Shown here piece by piece: positions 17,932 to 27,582 of a DNA stretch of 64,000 nucleotides. Where the stretch lies: assembly GCA_963845085.1 (NCBI GenBank), contig CAWJQI010000001.1, forward strand, positions 320,001 to 384,000, given 5' to 3'. A program made the position numbers and the translations under genes. Origin of the DNA: Candidatus Fermentibacterota bacterium (lineage in GTDB: Bacteria > Fermentibacterota > Fermentibacteria > Fermentibacterales > JCC-6). The notes under the pieces were generated by a model. The model saw only the letters and a program-made list of their open reading frames with translations, had not been told where the DNA came from and did not search any database. Within the stretch, counting starts at the first letter, position 1; each line of letters starts with the position of its first letter.

Positions 17932-19757
17932 TCGTTCAGAACGGTGACCCTCCTTGCCGCAATTCCGTCCGGACCCGTCATGACGACAGCGTACACACCG
18001 GCGGGCAGGCTGCCGACCAGAGCCGAGTAATCCCCGGGTTCGATTTCGCCCTGCTGCAGGACCGCCACCGAGCGCCCCGCCGTATCATAAACGGACACAC
18101 TGACAGGGCCGCCGGTCTGAACGGTCCAGGAGACGGTGAACGCCCCGTGGGCCGGATTGCCCTGCGGAAGGCGGATCAGCATTCCGCCCGTTGCTTCGAC
18201 CGATCCTTCTTCGATGCCGTACATGTTGTAAAGGATGGTCACATCCTTGAGCGAGGGTGTTACGTTGGGATTGCCGGTTGAAAGCCTTGTCTGGTACTGA
18301 ACGTACCGCCCGCCCTGCGTGACCACCGAACCGAGGCTTCCGGGGCTCGCGAACCAGCCGCTCCAGGGACCCATGTCGCTTGAGTTGTAGGAGGTTCTCA
18401 TGCGGAACTGGATCATGGTCTGCGGTGGCGTGACCTGGCTGAAGTGAACGTAATCCCACGTAAGGGCGCCGGGATTGACGGGATCAACATCGAGTATCGA
18501 CGAGGTGAGCACCGCCGGGGAGTTGAAACCGCTCACCCTCCACCAGCTGACCCTGCCTGCGTACAGCCCGCAGGAGGCGGCATCGGGCACGCCATCTCCG
18601 TTCATGTCACCCGAGGCCACACAGTATGCCCCGGCGAAGCCCTCAACGATCGTGTACCTTTCCCAGGGCTGGCTGAGTTTCAGGAAGTTCTTGAACCAGT
18701 ACACGCAGTTGCCGCTGGTTGACGAGGCCAGAACATCCGGAGAACCGTCCCCGTCCATGTCGACCGCACTGATGGACGAAAGCCCGGGAGCGCTGCCGTC
18801 AATGAGGTTGGTGTTCCAGGTGGAGCCCGACACATGGTTGTACCAGCGGAGGCTTCCGCCGCCGGCAGAGCTTCCGGCAACTATGTCATTCTTGCCGTCG
18901 TCGTTCACATCGGCAAGAACCACGACCCTGACCCCTGGGAAAGTGCCCACTTCCTGATGGGTCCAGTTGTATCCCCAGGGGCTCTGGGAGATGTAGGCTA
19001 CGATCCTGCCCGTGCTGTAGCTGACCGCAACGACATCGGGGTGGATGTCGCCGTTCAGGTCACCGGTGTGGCATGCGTACGCGCCCATCAGGGATCCGTC
19101 GATGTAGTTGATCGTCCAGTTGTTCCCTGAACCGCCGTTCCTCCACCACACGACATCACCGCTGTCCCAGGAGACTCCGACAACATCAATTGCGCCGTCG
19201 CCGTCTACATCACCCACCCTGATCTGCTGTGCGTCGAAGTTCTGCGCGATGGTTGTCGGCGCCGACCAGCTGCTTCCACCGGAATTGTTCCGGAACCAGA
19301 CAACGGAGTTCTGTGTTGCACTCGAAGCAGCGATGTCCCTCAGGCCGTCGCCGTCAAAATCACCTGCTGCAATGAACTGGGGCTGTGGGACGTTGCCGAC
19401 CAGGTGCTGCGACCAGGTTGTGCCCTGGCCGTTCTGGTTGCGCGCCCACATGACCGTACCGCTTCCGTAGCTGGAATAGGCGATGTCGTTGTTGCCGTCC
19501 TGGTCCATGTCCATTACGACCAGGAACGGTGGAAGCGACACGACCGCTGCGGCAACGTTTTCCGAGCGGTTGACGATGAGCTTGAGCTGGCCGGGTTCGG
19601 TGTCCCAGTCCATCGCGTCGGCAATGAAGAAGGTGTCCCCCCATGTGGCGACCGGCCCGTAAACCCCCGGACCGCCGCTCCAGTCGGTCTGCAGCGCGCT
19701 CTCTGCAAGAAGTGGCCCGACGGGCAGAAGAAGCAGCGGCAGAAGATTGATTCTCAT
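17928..19757 (-). CDS. Secreted FG-GAP/VCBS repeat protein with T9SS type A-like C-terminal domain (paralog 1)
   Basis: Signal peptide; seven DxDxDGxxD repeats; tail NP..G...VYDTAGRSV..L...LPAGVY. Confidence 0.88.
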   Translation of the reverse strand: MRINLLPLLLLPVGPLLAESALQTDWSGGPGVYGPVATWGDTFFIADAMDWDTEPGQLKLIVNRSENVAAAVVSLPPFLVVMDMDQDGNNDIAYSSYGSGTVMWARNQNGQGTTWSQHLVGNVPQPQFIAAGDFDGDGLRDIAASSATQNSVVWFRNNSGGSSWSAPTTIAQNFDAQQIRVGDVDGDGAIDVVGVSWDSGDVVWWRNGGSGNNWTINYIDGSLMGAYACHTGDLNGDIHPDVVAVSYSTGRIVAYISQSPWGYNWTHQEVGTFPGVRVVVLADVNDDGKNDIVAGSSAGGGSLRWYNHVSGSTWNTNLIDGSAPGLSSISAVDMDGDGSPDVLASSTSGNCVYWFKNFLKLSQPWERYTIVEGFAGAYCVASGDMNGDGVPDAASCGLYAGRVSWWRVSGFNSPAVLTSSILDVDPVNPGALTWDYVHFSQVTPPQTMIQFRMRTSYNSSDMGPWSGWFASPGSLGSVVTQGGRYVQYQTRLSTGNPNVTPSLKDVTILYNMYGIEEGSVEATGGMLIRLPQGNPAHGAFTVSWTVQTGGPVSVSVYDTAGRSVAVLQQGEIEPGDYSALVGSLPAGVYAVVMTGPDGIAARRVTVLND

Positions 19758-19792
19758 AACCTTGCCTCCCCTCTGGCTTTACCCTTCGGCAA

Positions 19793-19821
19793 TTTTTAAC
19801 ATGACAGACTTTAATTGTCAA
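19793..19821 (-). promoter_or_regulatory. Putative sigma70 promoter overlapped by TGACA-N9-TGTCA inverted repeat
   Basis: Minus strand TTGACA-N17-TAAAAA with TG upstream of the -10. Confidence 0.5.
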
Positions 19822-19837
19822 TGGAGGGGGCTGCAAT

Positions 19838-19868
19838 AAAAAGTGGGGCAGGCCGAAGCCTGCCCCAC
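19838..19868 (-). terminator. Rho-independent terminator of paralog 2
   Basis: Perfect 11-bp stem GTGGGGCAGGC-TTCG-GCCTGCCCCAC followed by TTTTT on the minus strand. Confidence 0.92.
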
Positions 19869-19885
19869 CATGAGACGGATGAGCG

Positions 19886-21715
19886 TCAGTTGATGACTGT
19901 CAGCCTCTGGGCCGCCATGCCTTCAGGTCCGCTCATGACCACGGAGTAAACACCCGCAGGCAGGCTGCCCACCACTGCTGAGTAGGTTCCGGCGGCAAGC
20001 TCGCCGTTCTGCAGTATGCTGACCGCTCTGCCGGCTGTGTCGAAAAGCGTGACCGAAACGTTGCCTCCCACGGGAACGTTCCAGGAGACTGTGAACGCAC
20101 CGCTGGCAGGGTTGCCCTGCGGCAGCCAGATCTGCCTGTTGTCGCCGACACCCGAGTAACCCTCACCGATGCTGTAGGGATCCCACACCACCGAAATGTC
20201 CTTCAGGGAAGGCGTAACGTTGGGGTTGGAGGTGTGCAGCTGGGCCTGGTACTGAATGTAGCGGCCACCCTGTGCGACAAGCTGCGCAAGGCTGCCCGGG
20301 GATGTGATCCAGGCGCTCCAGTTTCCCATGTTGGTGTAGTTGTATGAGGTTCTCAGTCTGATGTTTATACCCGTGCCGCTCGGAACCGTCATGCTCCAGT
20401 GGACGTAGTCCCACCTGTTGTTGCCCGGAACCGGCGGATTCACATCAAGGATCGAGGAAGTGAGGATGGCGGGCGTGTTGAAGCCGCCGATCCTCCACCA
20501 GCTGATCTTGTTGCCTGTTTCGGCGCAGCCGATAACGTCGGGAACGTTGTCACCGTTCAGGTCGCCGGTGGAGACGCCCCTCGCCCCGGCAAAGTAGGTG
20601 GAGACGTCGTACCTCACCCAGGGCTGGCTGAGCTTGATGAAGTTCTTGAACCAGTAAATGCGATTGGCATCACGGCAGGCGACGATGATGTCGGGCGATG
20701 CGTCGCCGTCCATGTCGGCCGCCTCGATGGATCGAAGACCCGGGGCCGTTCCGTCGACCGTGTTCATCGTCCAGCTTGTACCGCTGACCCAGTTGTACCA
20801 GCGGAGGCTTCCGCTGCCCGAACCGCTGCCGACAACGATGTCGAGCTTGCCGTCGTCGTTGATATCGGAGAGGGCGACGGACCTTGCGCCTGCGAATGTT
20901 CCGACCTCATGCTGCCCCCAGCTGAACCCGTACGGGTTCTGGGAGAAGTACGCGACCACCCTGCCCGTGCTGAGGCTTACCGCGGCCACATCGGGATGGC
21001 CGTCGTTGTTGAGGTCGCCGACCGCGCAGGCGTATCCGCCGAGGAGAGCGCCGTCGATGTAGTTGATCGTCCAGGTGTTGCCGGAGTTGGTGTTTCTCCA
21101 CCAGACCACGTCGCCGCTTTCGTAGGAGACGCCGACCACGTCCTGATTGCCGTCGCCGTCGACGTCGCTGCAAATCACCTGGCGTGCGTCGAAGTTCTGC
21201 ATGACCGTGATGGGCATCGACCATGCACCGCCCCCGCCGTTGTTCCTGAACCAGACCACCTTGTTCTGGTCGGCGCTGGAGGCTGCAATGTCACGATAGC
21301 CGTCGTTGTTGATGTCGCCGACGGCGATGAACTGGGCCTGGCTCAGCGTGCCCACGTTGTTGGTCGTCCAGGTGGTTCCCAGCCCGTTCGAGTTCCGGGA
21401 CCAGTAAACGGCACCGGTTCCGTAGCTGCAGTACGCAACGTCACGGTCGCCGTCGATGTCCATGTCGACGGACACCACGTAGTACGGCGTGGTGATGGGA
21501 GATGCGATGGTATTCTCGCCGCGGTTGACGATAAGCTTGAGCTGACCGGGTTCGGTGTCCCAGTCCATTGCGTCTGCGATAAAGAATGTGTCTCCCCAGG
21601 TTGCCGCGGGGCCGTATACACCGGGACCCCCGCTCCAGTCGGTCTGGGTGGCGCTTTCAGCAAGCGCCATTGGGGCAAGTGCAAGAATGACAATAAGGAA
21701 TATGAATCTATTCAT
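19886..21715 (-). CDS. Secreted FG-GAP/VCBS repeat protein with T9SS type A-like C-terminal domain (paralog 2)
   Basis: MNRFIFLIVILALAPMALA signal with GGAGG RBS; colinear with 17928-19757; tail LFDTAGRAV..L...LPAGVY. Confidence 0.88.
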   Translation of the reverse strand: MNRFIFLIVILALAPMALAESATQTDWSGGPGVYGPAATWGDTFFIADAMDWDTEPGQLKLIVNRGENTIASPITTPYYVVSVDMDIDGDRDVAYCSYGTGAVYWSRNSNGLGTTWTTNNVGTLSQAQFIAVGDINNDGYRDIAASSADQNKVVWFRNNGGGGAWSMPITVMQNFDARQVICSDVDGDGNQDVVGVSYESGDVVWWRNTNSGNTWTINYIDGALLGGYACAVGDLNNDGHPDVAAVSLSTGRVVAYFSQNPYGFSWGQHEVGTFAGARSVALSDINDDGKLDIVVGSGSGSGSLRWYNWVSGTSWTMNTVDGTAPGLRSIEAADMDGDASPDIIVACRDANRIYWFKNFIKLSQPWVRYDVSTYFAGARGVSTGDLNGDNVPDVIGCAETGNKISWWRIGGFNTPAILTSSILDVNPPVPGNNRWDYVHWSMTVPSGTGINIRLRTSYNYTNMGNWSAWITSPGSLAQLVAQGGRYIQYQAQLHTSNPNVTPSLKDISVVWDPYSIGEGYSGVGDNRQIWLPQGNPASGAFTVSWNVPVGGNVSVTLFDTAGRAVSILQNGELAAGTYSAVVGSLPAGVYSVVMSGPEGMAAQRLTVIN

Positions 21716-21769
21716 CCCGGAATCCCTCCCGCATCTTGAGTAAACCACTACGGAAAACAACTAACCTTT

Positions 21770-22342
21770 TTATGGAACAGTGTCAATACCCATCCGGACA
21801 TACTTTTGACGCCCTGAAAGGTACCTGTCCCGCTCGCTGAAGACGCATCCGCAATACGGTTGCCGGTACAACTCGAGGGCGCGCGAGATGTCGATTGAAT
21901 CCCTGTAACGGCGCCGGCAATCAAGGTATGCGAACTTCACTCCGAAGCGCCCCTCCGCCTCCCCTCCGGCTTGAATGATGTACTCATGATTCTGATAGGG
22001 GCTTACCGACAAAGTTGTTCCAAAGAACCCGCACCCGTTCGCGGCAGCAATTTCGGCGGCAGCCGAGAGCCTTTGTCTTGCGCACCCGAGACATCGCGGA
22101 CTGGAGGCGAGAAGCATGGTCACATTTGCCTCAAGGGGATAGTCCCTGTCCACGATGAGCGGAAACCCGGCCGAGGCTGCCCATTTCTCGATTGTCTCGA
22201 GCCTGCGAACGAACTCCCTGTAAGGATGGATGTTGGGATTGTGGAAATAAAGGACCGGCTCAAACCCGGCCTTTGCATACTCCTCCACCGTCACCGTTGC
22301 GCACGGGGCGCAGCAAGCGTGGAGAAGTATCCTCGTGCTCAC
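21770..22342 (-). CDS. queH: Epoxyqueuosine reductase QueH (DUF208)
   Basis: LLHACCAPC, NPNIHPYREF, RC..C, TTLSVSP, LYRQPYCGCVFS. Confidence 0.93.
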   Translation of the reverse strand: MSTRILLHACCAPCATVTVEEYAKAGFEPVLYFHNPNIHPYREFVRRLETIEKWAASAGFPLIVDRDYPLEANVTMLLASSPRCLGCARQRLSAAAEIAAANGCGFFGTTLSVSPYQNHEYIIQAGGEAEGRFGVKFAYLDCRRRYRDSIDISRALELYRQPYCGCVFSERDRYLSGRQKYVRMGIDTVP

Positions 22343-23355
22343 AATGGAAGCTGTTCCCCGGACGGGCCGGGAAAGCCGAGATGCCTGCAGGCCTTGAGCG
22401 TTGCAACCCTGCCCCTGCTGGTACGGTTTACGAAACCTTCGGCGAGAAGGAAGGGCTCCACCATGTCAATCAGGGTGTCCCTCTCCTCGTTGAGTGTGGC
22501 GGCGATTGCGCTGACCCCCACGGGACCTCCGTTGTACTGCCGGATTACCGCGAGGAGGTATTTCCTGTCGAGCGGGTCAAGTCCGGCTTCGTCAACGCCG
22601 TTCAGGTCCATCGCCTCGAGGCTGGTCATCTCGTCGACCAGGCTCCTGCGGGAAACCTGGGCATAGTCGCGTATCCGTCGGAGAAGCCTGTTGGCGATCC
22701 TGGGGGTTCCGCGCGACCTCATCGCGATGGTCCTCGTTGCTTCGGGAGCCAGAGGTATGCCGAGAATGACCGCGGACCTCTCAACGATCCTGGAAAGCTC
22801 ATCAACCCCGTAGAACTCGAGGTGGAGGGACAGGCCGAACCGGTCCCGGAGCGGGCCGGTGAGCAGCCCGGCTCTGGTCGTGGCTCCGACCACGGTGAAC
22901 CTTGCGAGTTCGAGCCTGACAGACCTGGCGTGCGGCCCGGGCTCGATCACGAAATCAATGCCGAAATCCTCCATCCCCGGGTAAAGGTACTCCTCCACGA
23001 TCCTCGGAAGCCTGTGAATCTCGTCGATGAAAAGGATGGTTCCGGGCCGAAGATTGGTAAGGATGCCCACCAGATCGGCCGCCCGTTCGAGTGCGGGTCC
23101 GGAGGTGACCACTATTTCGCAGTTCATCTCCGCGGCGATGATATGGGCCATTGTGGTCTTTCCCAGCCCGGGGGGCCCGTGAAGGAGAATGTGATCGAGG
23201 GGCTCGTTCCGCTCGAGTGCGGCCTGCACGGCTATCCTGAGGTTGTCCACCACCATGCCCTGCCCCACGTAATCGTCGAACCGCAGCGGTCTGAGGCTCG
23301 CGAACTCCCTTTCCTCGCCGGGGGCCGCATCCCCCGTCACGATGGATTCCCTCAT
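22339..23355 (-). CDS. ruvB: Holliday junction branch migration helicase
   Basis: SLRP..FDDYVGQ, GPPGLGKTT, FIDEIHR, GATTRAG, SRGTPRIANRLLRR. Confidence 0.98.
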   Translation of the reverse strand: MRESIVTGDAAPGEEREFASLRPLRFDDYVGQGMVVDNLRIAVQAALERNEPLDHILLHGPPGLGKTTMAHIIAAEMNCEIVVTSGPALERAADLVGILTNLRPGTILFIDEIHRLPRIVEEYLYPGMEDFGIDFVIEPGPHARSVRLELARFTVVGATTRAGLLTGPLRDRFGLSLHLEFYGVDELSRIVERSAVILGIPLAPEATRTIAMRSRGTPRIANRLLRRIRDYAQVSRRSLVDEMTSLEAMDLNGVDEAGLDPLDRKYLLAVIRQYNGGPVGVSAIAATLNEERDTLIDMVEPFLLAEGFVNRTSRGRVATLKACRHLGFPGPSGEQLPL

Positions 23356-23951
23356 GATCCGCTCCTGATCCTCATGGCCGTCCTGATGATCTCCTGTGTT
23401 CCCGCGGCTTCGGAGGTATGCTCCACTGCCCTGGCGACAAGGTTGGCCGCCTGTTCCCCGGGAATACCGAGCTGCTTCAGCACGAGAAGGGCTTCAGCCC
23501 TGTTTCTGCCGCATGCCGAATCCCCGCTGAAGTCGGTCGATGACGCCGACATTGTGTCCTGAAGCTTTGCAATGATCTGTTTGGCTCTCGCCGCACCGAT
23601 GCCGGGAAGCGCCTTGAGAAAGTTCATGTCACCCCTCGCGATGGCCGCGGCAACGGTTCGCGGAGGCTGGCAGAGAGCCTTGGCCGCGGCTCTCGCCCCA
23701 ACTCCGGAAACGGAAATGAAGCTTCTGAAAAAGGTCCTGTCCGCAACACATGGAAACGCAACAGCCATGGGTACGGTTCTGGCGCCCTCGTTCACGAATT
23801 GGAAGTGGGTGAAGACCTCGATGCTGTCACCGCTTCTGAGCTCCGGCAGGAAATACGCCGGGACAAGGAATTCAAGGGTGAGAGGGCCGACACTGAGCAG
23901 CAGAACTCCATCCTCGGTTGACTCGACGGTTCCGCGAACAGCGTCAAGCAT
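23352..23951 (-). CDS. ruvA: Holliday junction DNA-binding protein
   Basis: MLDAVRG start, HhH motifs SVSGVGARAA and LPGIG, position between ruvC and ruvB. Confidence 0.92.
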   Translation of the reverse strand: MLDAVRGTVESTEDGVLLLSVGPLTLEFLVPAYFLPELRSGDSIEVFTHFQFVNEGARTVPMAVAFPCVADRTFFRSFISVSGVGARAAAKALCQPPRTVAAAIARGDMNFLKALPGIGAARAKQIIAKLQDTMSASSTDFSGDSACGRNRAEALLVLKQLGIPGEQAANLVARAVEHTSEAAGTQEIIRTAMRIRSGS

Positions 23952-24435
23952 CGGAACTCTCCTCACAGTAAGCAATTGCCGCGGCGAGCGCATCGCTGAC
24001 ATCCATGGGGCTCAGCGGGCCGGTGATCCCGAGAAGTCTGCAGACCATGCCGTTGACCTGTTCCTTCCCGGCCCTTCCCCTGCCTGTAACGGCCTTCTTT
24101 ATATGGGTGGAGGGGATGGACTCGACCGGAATGTCCCGCTGGGAGGCGGCAAGGCACAGAACTCCGCGCGCATGGGCCATGATTATGGCAGTCCGGGGGT
24201 GCCTGTAATGGCTGTACACCTCTTCAATGGCCATGGCATGGGGCCTGTGCGCATCCATCACCTCCCCGATGTCCTGGTGAAGTTCGCGAAGGCGCATCGG
24301 TAAAGTGCCCCCCGCAGCCGGCCTCACCACTCCTGCGTCGATGAGCCTGAGAACACCCCCGGTCACGGACACCACGCCGTAGCCTGTGATGTTGAGGCCG
24401 GGGTCCACTCCCAGGACAATGGTCTCACGGGGCAA
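23944..24435 (-). CDS. ruvC: Crossover junction endodeoxyribonuclease
   Basis: LGVDPG..ITGYG, AIEE, HARG, IKKAVTG.GRAGKEQV, DVSDALA.A. Confidence 0.96.
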   Translation of the reverse strand: MPRETIVLGVDPGLNITGYGVVSVTGGVLRLIDAGVVRPAAGGTLPMRLRELHQDIGEVMDAHRPHAMAIEEVYSHYRHPRTAIIMAHARGVLCLAASQRDIPVESIPSTHIKKAVTGRGRAGKEQVNGMVCRLLGITGPLSPMDVSDALAAAIAYCEESSDA

Positions 24436-25161
24436 TCAGTCCGCCTGGTCGAAGTTCGAGTACACGGCCTGGATGTCCTCGTTCTCTTCAAGGGCGTTGA
24501 GCAGCCTTACGTTCTGCTCCGCCTCGCGCCCCGAAAGAGTGACGGTGTTCGAGGGCACCTTGACTATCTCGGCTGAATCGACCTTGATGCCGGCCTTCTC
24601 AAGCGCATCCTTCACGCTGAACACGTCTTCCGGGGCGGTGGAGAGAACGAGCAGACCCTCTTCAAGGTACACGTCCTCGAGCCCGGCTTCCATGCCGGCC
24701 TCCATCACCTGCTCTTCTGTGCACGCCGAGGCATCAACGGTCAGCTGCCCCTGCTTCGTGAAGAGGTAGGAAACGCTGTTCCTCGAGCCGAGGCTGCCGC
24801 CGCCCTTTGAAAGCGTGTGCCTGACCTCGGCGGCCGAGCGGTTGCGGTTGTCGGTGAGCACCTCGATGAGGATGGCAACTCCTCCCGGACCGTACGCCTC
24901 GTAGGTGATCTCCTCGTAGGTGATCCCCTCAAGCTCGCCCGTGCCTCTCTTGATCGCCCTGTCGATGTTGTCGTTCGGCATGTTCTGGCTCTTCGCGGTA
25001 TCGATGGCCACCCGAAGCCTGGGGTTCATGTCGGCGTCGCCGCCGCCTTCGCGGGCCGCGACCGATATTTCCTTGACGAGACGGCTGAAGATCTTGCCCC
25101 TCTCGGCGTCGGCCTTGCCCTTTTTGTGCTTTATGGTGCTCCATTTATTGTGACCGGACAT
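24436..25161 (-). CDS. yebC: YebC/PmpR/TACO1 family protein
   Basis: MSGHNKWSTIKHKK, NPRLR, YEAYGPGG, TDNRNR. Confidence 0.96.
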   Translation of the reverse strand: MSGHNKWSTIKHKKGKADAERGKIFSRLVKEISVAAREGGGDADMNPRLRVAIDTAKSQNMPNDNIDRAIKRGTGELEGITYEEITYEAYGPGGVAILIEVLTDNRNRSAAEVRHTLSKGGGSLGSRNSVSYLFTKQGQLTVDASACTEEQVMEAGMEAGLEDVYLEEGLLVLSTAPEDVFSVKDALEKAGIKVDSAEIVKVPSNTVTLSGREAEQNVRLLNALEENEDIQAVYSNFDQAD

Positions 25162-25199
25162 TCTCTCTCCTCTGCGTGAATCGTTTCTTCATTCCGTTG

Positions 25200-25228
25200 A
25201 TTGTAGAAATATGAAAGCCCCGGGTCAA
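25200..25228 (-). promoter_or_regulatory. Sigma70 promoter of yebC-ruvCAB-queH
   Basis: Minus strand TTGACC-N17-TACAAT. Confidence 0.75.
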
Positions 25229-25917
25229 CGGGGCGACCCTTCATGGAACGCAAGTATTCTATCAAGGTCCGGCATGTTCCTCTTGAAGAAGGAGAGCCCG
25301 GACCACGGCAGCTGAACCATCTCATCCTTTACGACCGCCGGAAGAACCAGCAGGGTCGTTGACCCGACGTCGACGGAAAGCTTCAGGTCTGCAAGCCAGT
25401 CCTCCGAGGAGGCCTCCTGGCCTGTCGCCACGCCCCTGGCAAGTTCGGCGGCCTCACCCGGATCGGAGAAAACCCCCGCCAGGCGCGGCCATCCGCCCGC
25501 CGTCTCCCCCGGAAATGTTTCCTGCAGGGCGCTCAGTTTTACTCCCAGTTCAAAAACACCGTTCAATGCGAAGGCTGGGATCACAAGCCTGCGCACGCCG
25601 GATGCTCCTCCCGTCTCACGAAGGCCGGGTTCCGACCGGGGTGAGAACACCCTTCCCCGCTGCACGGGAACATGATGGACCCCGCGCCTCGTTATACGGC
25701 TCTCCACCTTCACCATCGCCTCGACAAGCCAGAACGGCAGCGGGATGGACCCGTCGCCCGATGTTGCCCTGACGGATACGGGAAGCCTCGTAAGGCCTCC
25801 GGTTCCTATCCCCCAGCCGCTTCCGCACTCACTGCAGAGAAAGGCGGAATCGGTCGACAGCCCGAAGAGCGGGCTTCTGCAGTTGCCGCATGCCAGAACG
25901 GTGACCGCTTCAGCCAT
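25225..25917 (-). CDS. Hypothetical zinc-ribbon protein (soluble)
   Basis: CGNC...CSEC N-terminus, LPFW motif; GGAG RBS. Confidence 0.7.
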   Translation of the reverse strand: MAEAVTVLACGNCRSPLFGLSTDSAFLCSECGSGWGIGTGGLTRLPVSVRATSGDGSIPLPFWLVEAMVKVESRITRRGVHHVPVQRGRVFSPRSEPGLRETGGASGVRRLVIPAFALNGVFELGVKLSALQETFPGETAGGWPRLAGVFSDPGEAAELARGVATGQEASSEDWLADLKLSVDVGSTTLLVLPAVVKDEMVQLPWSGLSFFKRNMPDLDRILAFHEGSPR

Positions 25918-26944
25918 TTCCCACTCCCGCCGATCCCCTCCCACGCAGTCTGAGCATGCCGAAAAACATTGATGTCAGGATGAATGCAGCGACCACGATC
26001 ATGAACCTCAACACCGGTGATCCTGCAACAAGACCGTGCAGAACGGGCGGGATCAGAGATGCCGTCAGTGCACCGAAAGCGGTGAATAGCATTCTCGTCC
26101 TCCCGGGATCGACAGGAAAACGGCCACTCAGTACTGTGCCCGTCCTGCCGTCGACAACTGCGCCATACCGTCTGTCAAAGGCTTTGAAATCAACGATCCA
26201 GAGCGGGTAGTATACCAGCCTTTCCCGCCTCCCGGTTACGGCAAGGTGGAGCGACCGCTGTTCAAGATCGGGCCCCGCGCCGTGGCAGAACCTGTCCACG
26301 ATGCGTGACGCCTCTTCCCTGGCTTCCTCAAGCCCGACGACCGGATCCACAACGATCCCTTCGGGGGGGTTGCCCGAATCGAAGACCCGCAGGTCATCGG
26401 GCAGACGCCCCCTGCCAAGCTCCATGCCATCCAGCGCCAGCTGGGTCTGCTCACCAAGAGATGGGATACCGAGCGGCTCAAGCCTGGCTCCGCTGATGAT
26501 CATGTCGAGGTTGAGCCCCACCCGTTGCTCGACCGCCTCGGAGCCTGTGCGCTGCCTCACCATCTTCGTGGTGATCATGGGCTGGCCGCCCTTGCCTGAA
26601 GGCTCTGCCTCGGTCTCGATCTCCCGTTCGCTGAAGATGCCCCTCGTCCCGAGCACAAAGCCGTCCACCCGGCACGTGATGCTCCAGAACGGCACATGGT
26701 ACAATCTTGCCACGGTGACGGACGAGCCCTCGGGCAGTGAATCCGCACGCTTTCTGACACCCTCCCTCACGGCCCTCACCGCCCCGGTCGAGCCGATCCT
26801 GTCCCCGGACATGAACCTCCGAACGCCCCAGGGCAGCAGAAGGCGGCTCCCGCAATGACGGCAGACAGTGTTCGTGTCACCGTCGGACACCGAGAGCAGC
26901 CCCGCGCAGCTCGGGCATGACAGCGTCAGGAGAAAACCGCTCAT
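25910..26944 (-). CDS. Hypothetical zinc-ribbon membrane protein
   Basis: CPSC...CRHC, YHVPFW, YYPLW, VDGRTG, two C-terminal TM helices. Confidence 0.75.
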   Translation of the reverse strand: MSGFLLTLSCPSCAGLLSVSDGDTNTVCRHCGSRLLLPWGVRRFMSGDRIGSTGAVRAVREGVRKRADSLPEGSSVTVARLYHVPFWSITCRVDGFVLGTRGIFSEREIETEAEPSGKGGQPMITTKMVRQRTGSEAVEQRVGLNLDMIISGARLEPLGIPSLGEQTQLALDGMELGRGRLPDDLRVFDSGNPPEGIVVDPVVGLEEAREEASRIVDRFCHGAGPDLEQRSLHLAVTGRRERLVYYPLWIVDFKAFDRRYGAVVDGRTGTVLSGRFPVDPGRTRMLFTAFGALTASLIPPVLHGLVAGSPVLRFMIVVAAFILTSMFFGMLRLRGRGSAGVGNG

Positions 26945-27582
26945 CGGCCGTGCCTCCTCTTGTAAAGGCGGTCAGCGACGAAATAGCCCGCAGGCGCTGA
27001 GAGAAGCACGGCAAGCACCGGGGAGAAGCGATGGAACACAAGGTACAGAAGCGCCGAGGGCACAACGGCAACGAGCAGGGAATCGAAGAAGACTCTGCGG
27101 GGCTCCTCCGCGGGTGGTGCGCCTACGGTCCCTTCCGCACCGACCACGCCGCCCGAAACACCGTCAAGAAGCAGGCCTTCACCCGTCGCACCCATGGTGA
27201 CGGCATAGAACGGGTGGTATACGAGCCTGCCGTCGGAGCGGTCCAGCGGAACGATTTCGCCGCCTGCTCCGGCTGATCCGGGCCAGGGTCTCAGATCGCC
27301 GGACGGCGGTTCGTAGGAATCGAGCGCCGGGTAGGGCTGGCTGAATGCCTTCACCAGCCTCGGACCCTCCAGCCTGAACGGAAACCACAATAAAGAGGGT
27401 GGAAGCACGGAGTTGCGGGGGAACAGCCTCACGACCTGCTCCGGGCTGATGGATGGCGGATGGTGAAAAACGCCGTCCTTCCAGGAAAAGCGTGACAGCG
27501 CACCGCACCAGTGGCATCTGGCAAGGGATTCCGGCCCTTTGATCGTCACTGTTCCGCCGCACTGGGTGCATTCGATCCTCAT
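26941..27582 (-). CDS. Hypothetical zinc-ribbon membrane protein
   Basis: MRIECTQC...CHWC, WFPF, YHPFY, LDGVSG, two C-terminal TM helices; ATGA overlaps at both ends. Confidence 0.72.
   Translation of the reverse strand: MRIECTQCGGTVTIKGPESLARCHWCGALSRFSWKDGVFHHPPSISPEQVVRLFPRNSVLPPSLLWFPFRLEGPRLVKAFSQPYPALDSYEPPSGDLRPWPGSAGAGGEIVPLDRSDGRLVYHPFYAVTMGATGEGLLLDGVSGGVVGAEGTVGAPPAEEPRRVFFDSLLVAVVPSALLYLVFHRFSPVLAVLLSAPAGYFVADRLYKRRHGR

Noticed and set aside
17928..21715. CRISPR or DNA tandem repeat
   Set aside because: The repetition comes from protein-level FG-GAP repeats and gene duplication; no identical direct repeats with spacers.
20399..23562. Long antisense ORFs (446 aa, 456 aa; likewise 27825-29120, 31951-33159, 60367-61779)
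   Set aside because: They shadow well-supported genes on the other strand, have no family motifs, and are expected from GC-rich codon bias.
21770..25161. yebC-ruvCAB-queH as a novel cluster
   Set aside because: yebC-ruvCAB next to queuosine genes is a common, well-known arrangement.
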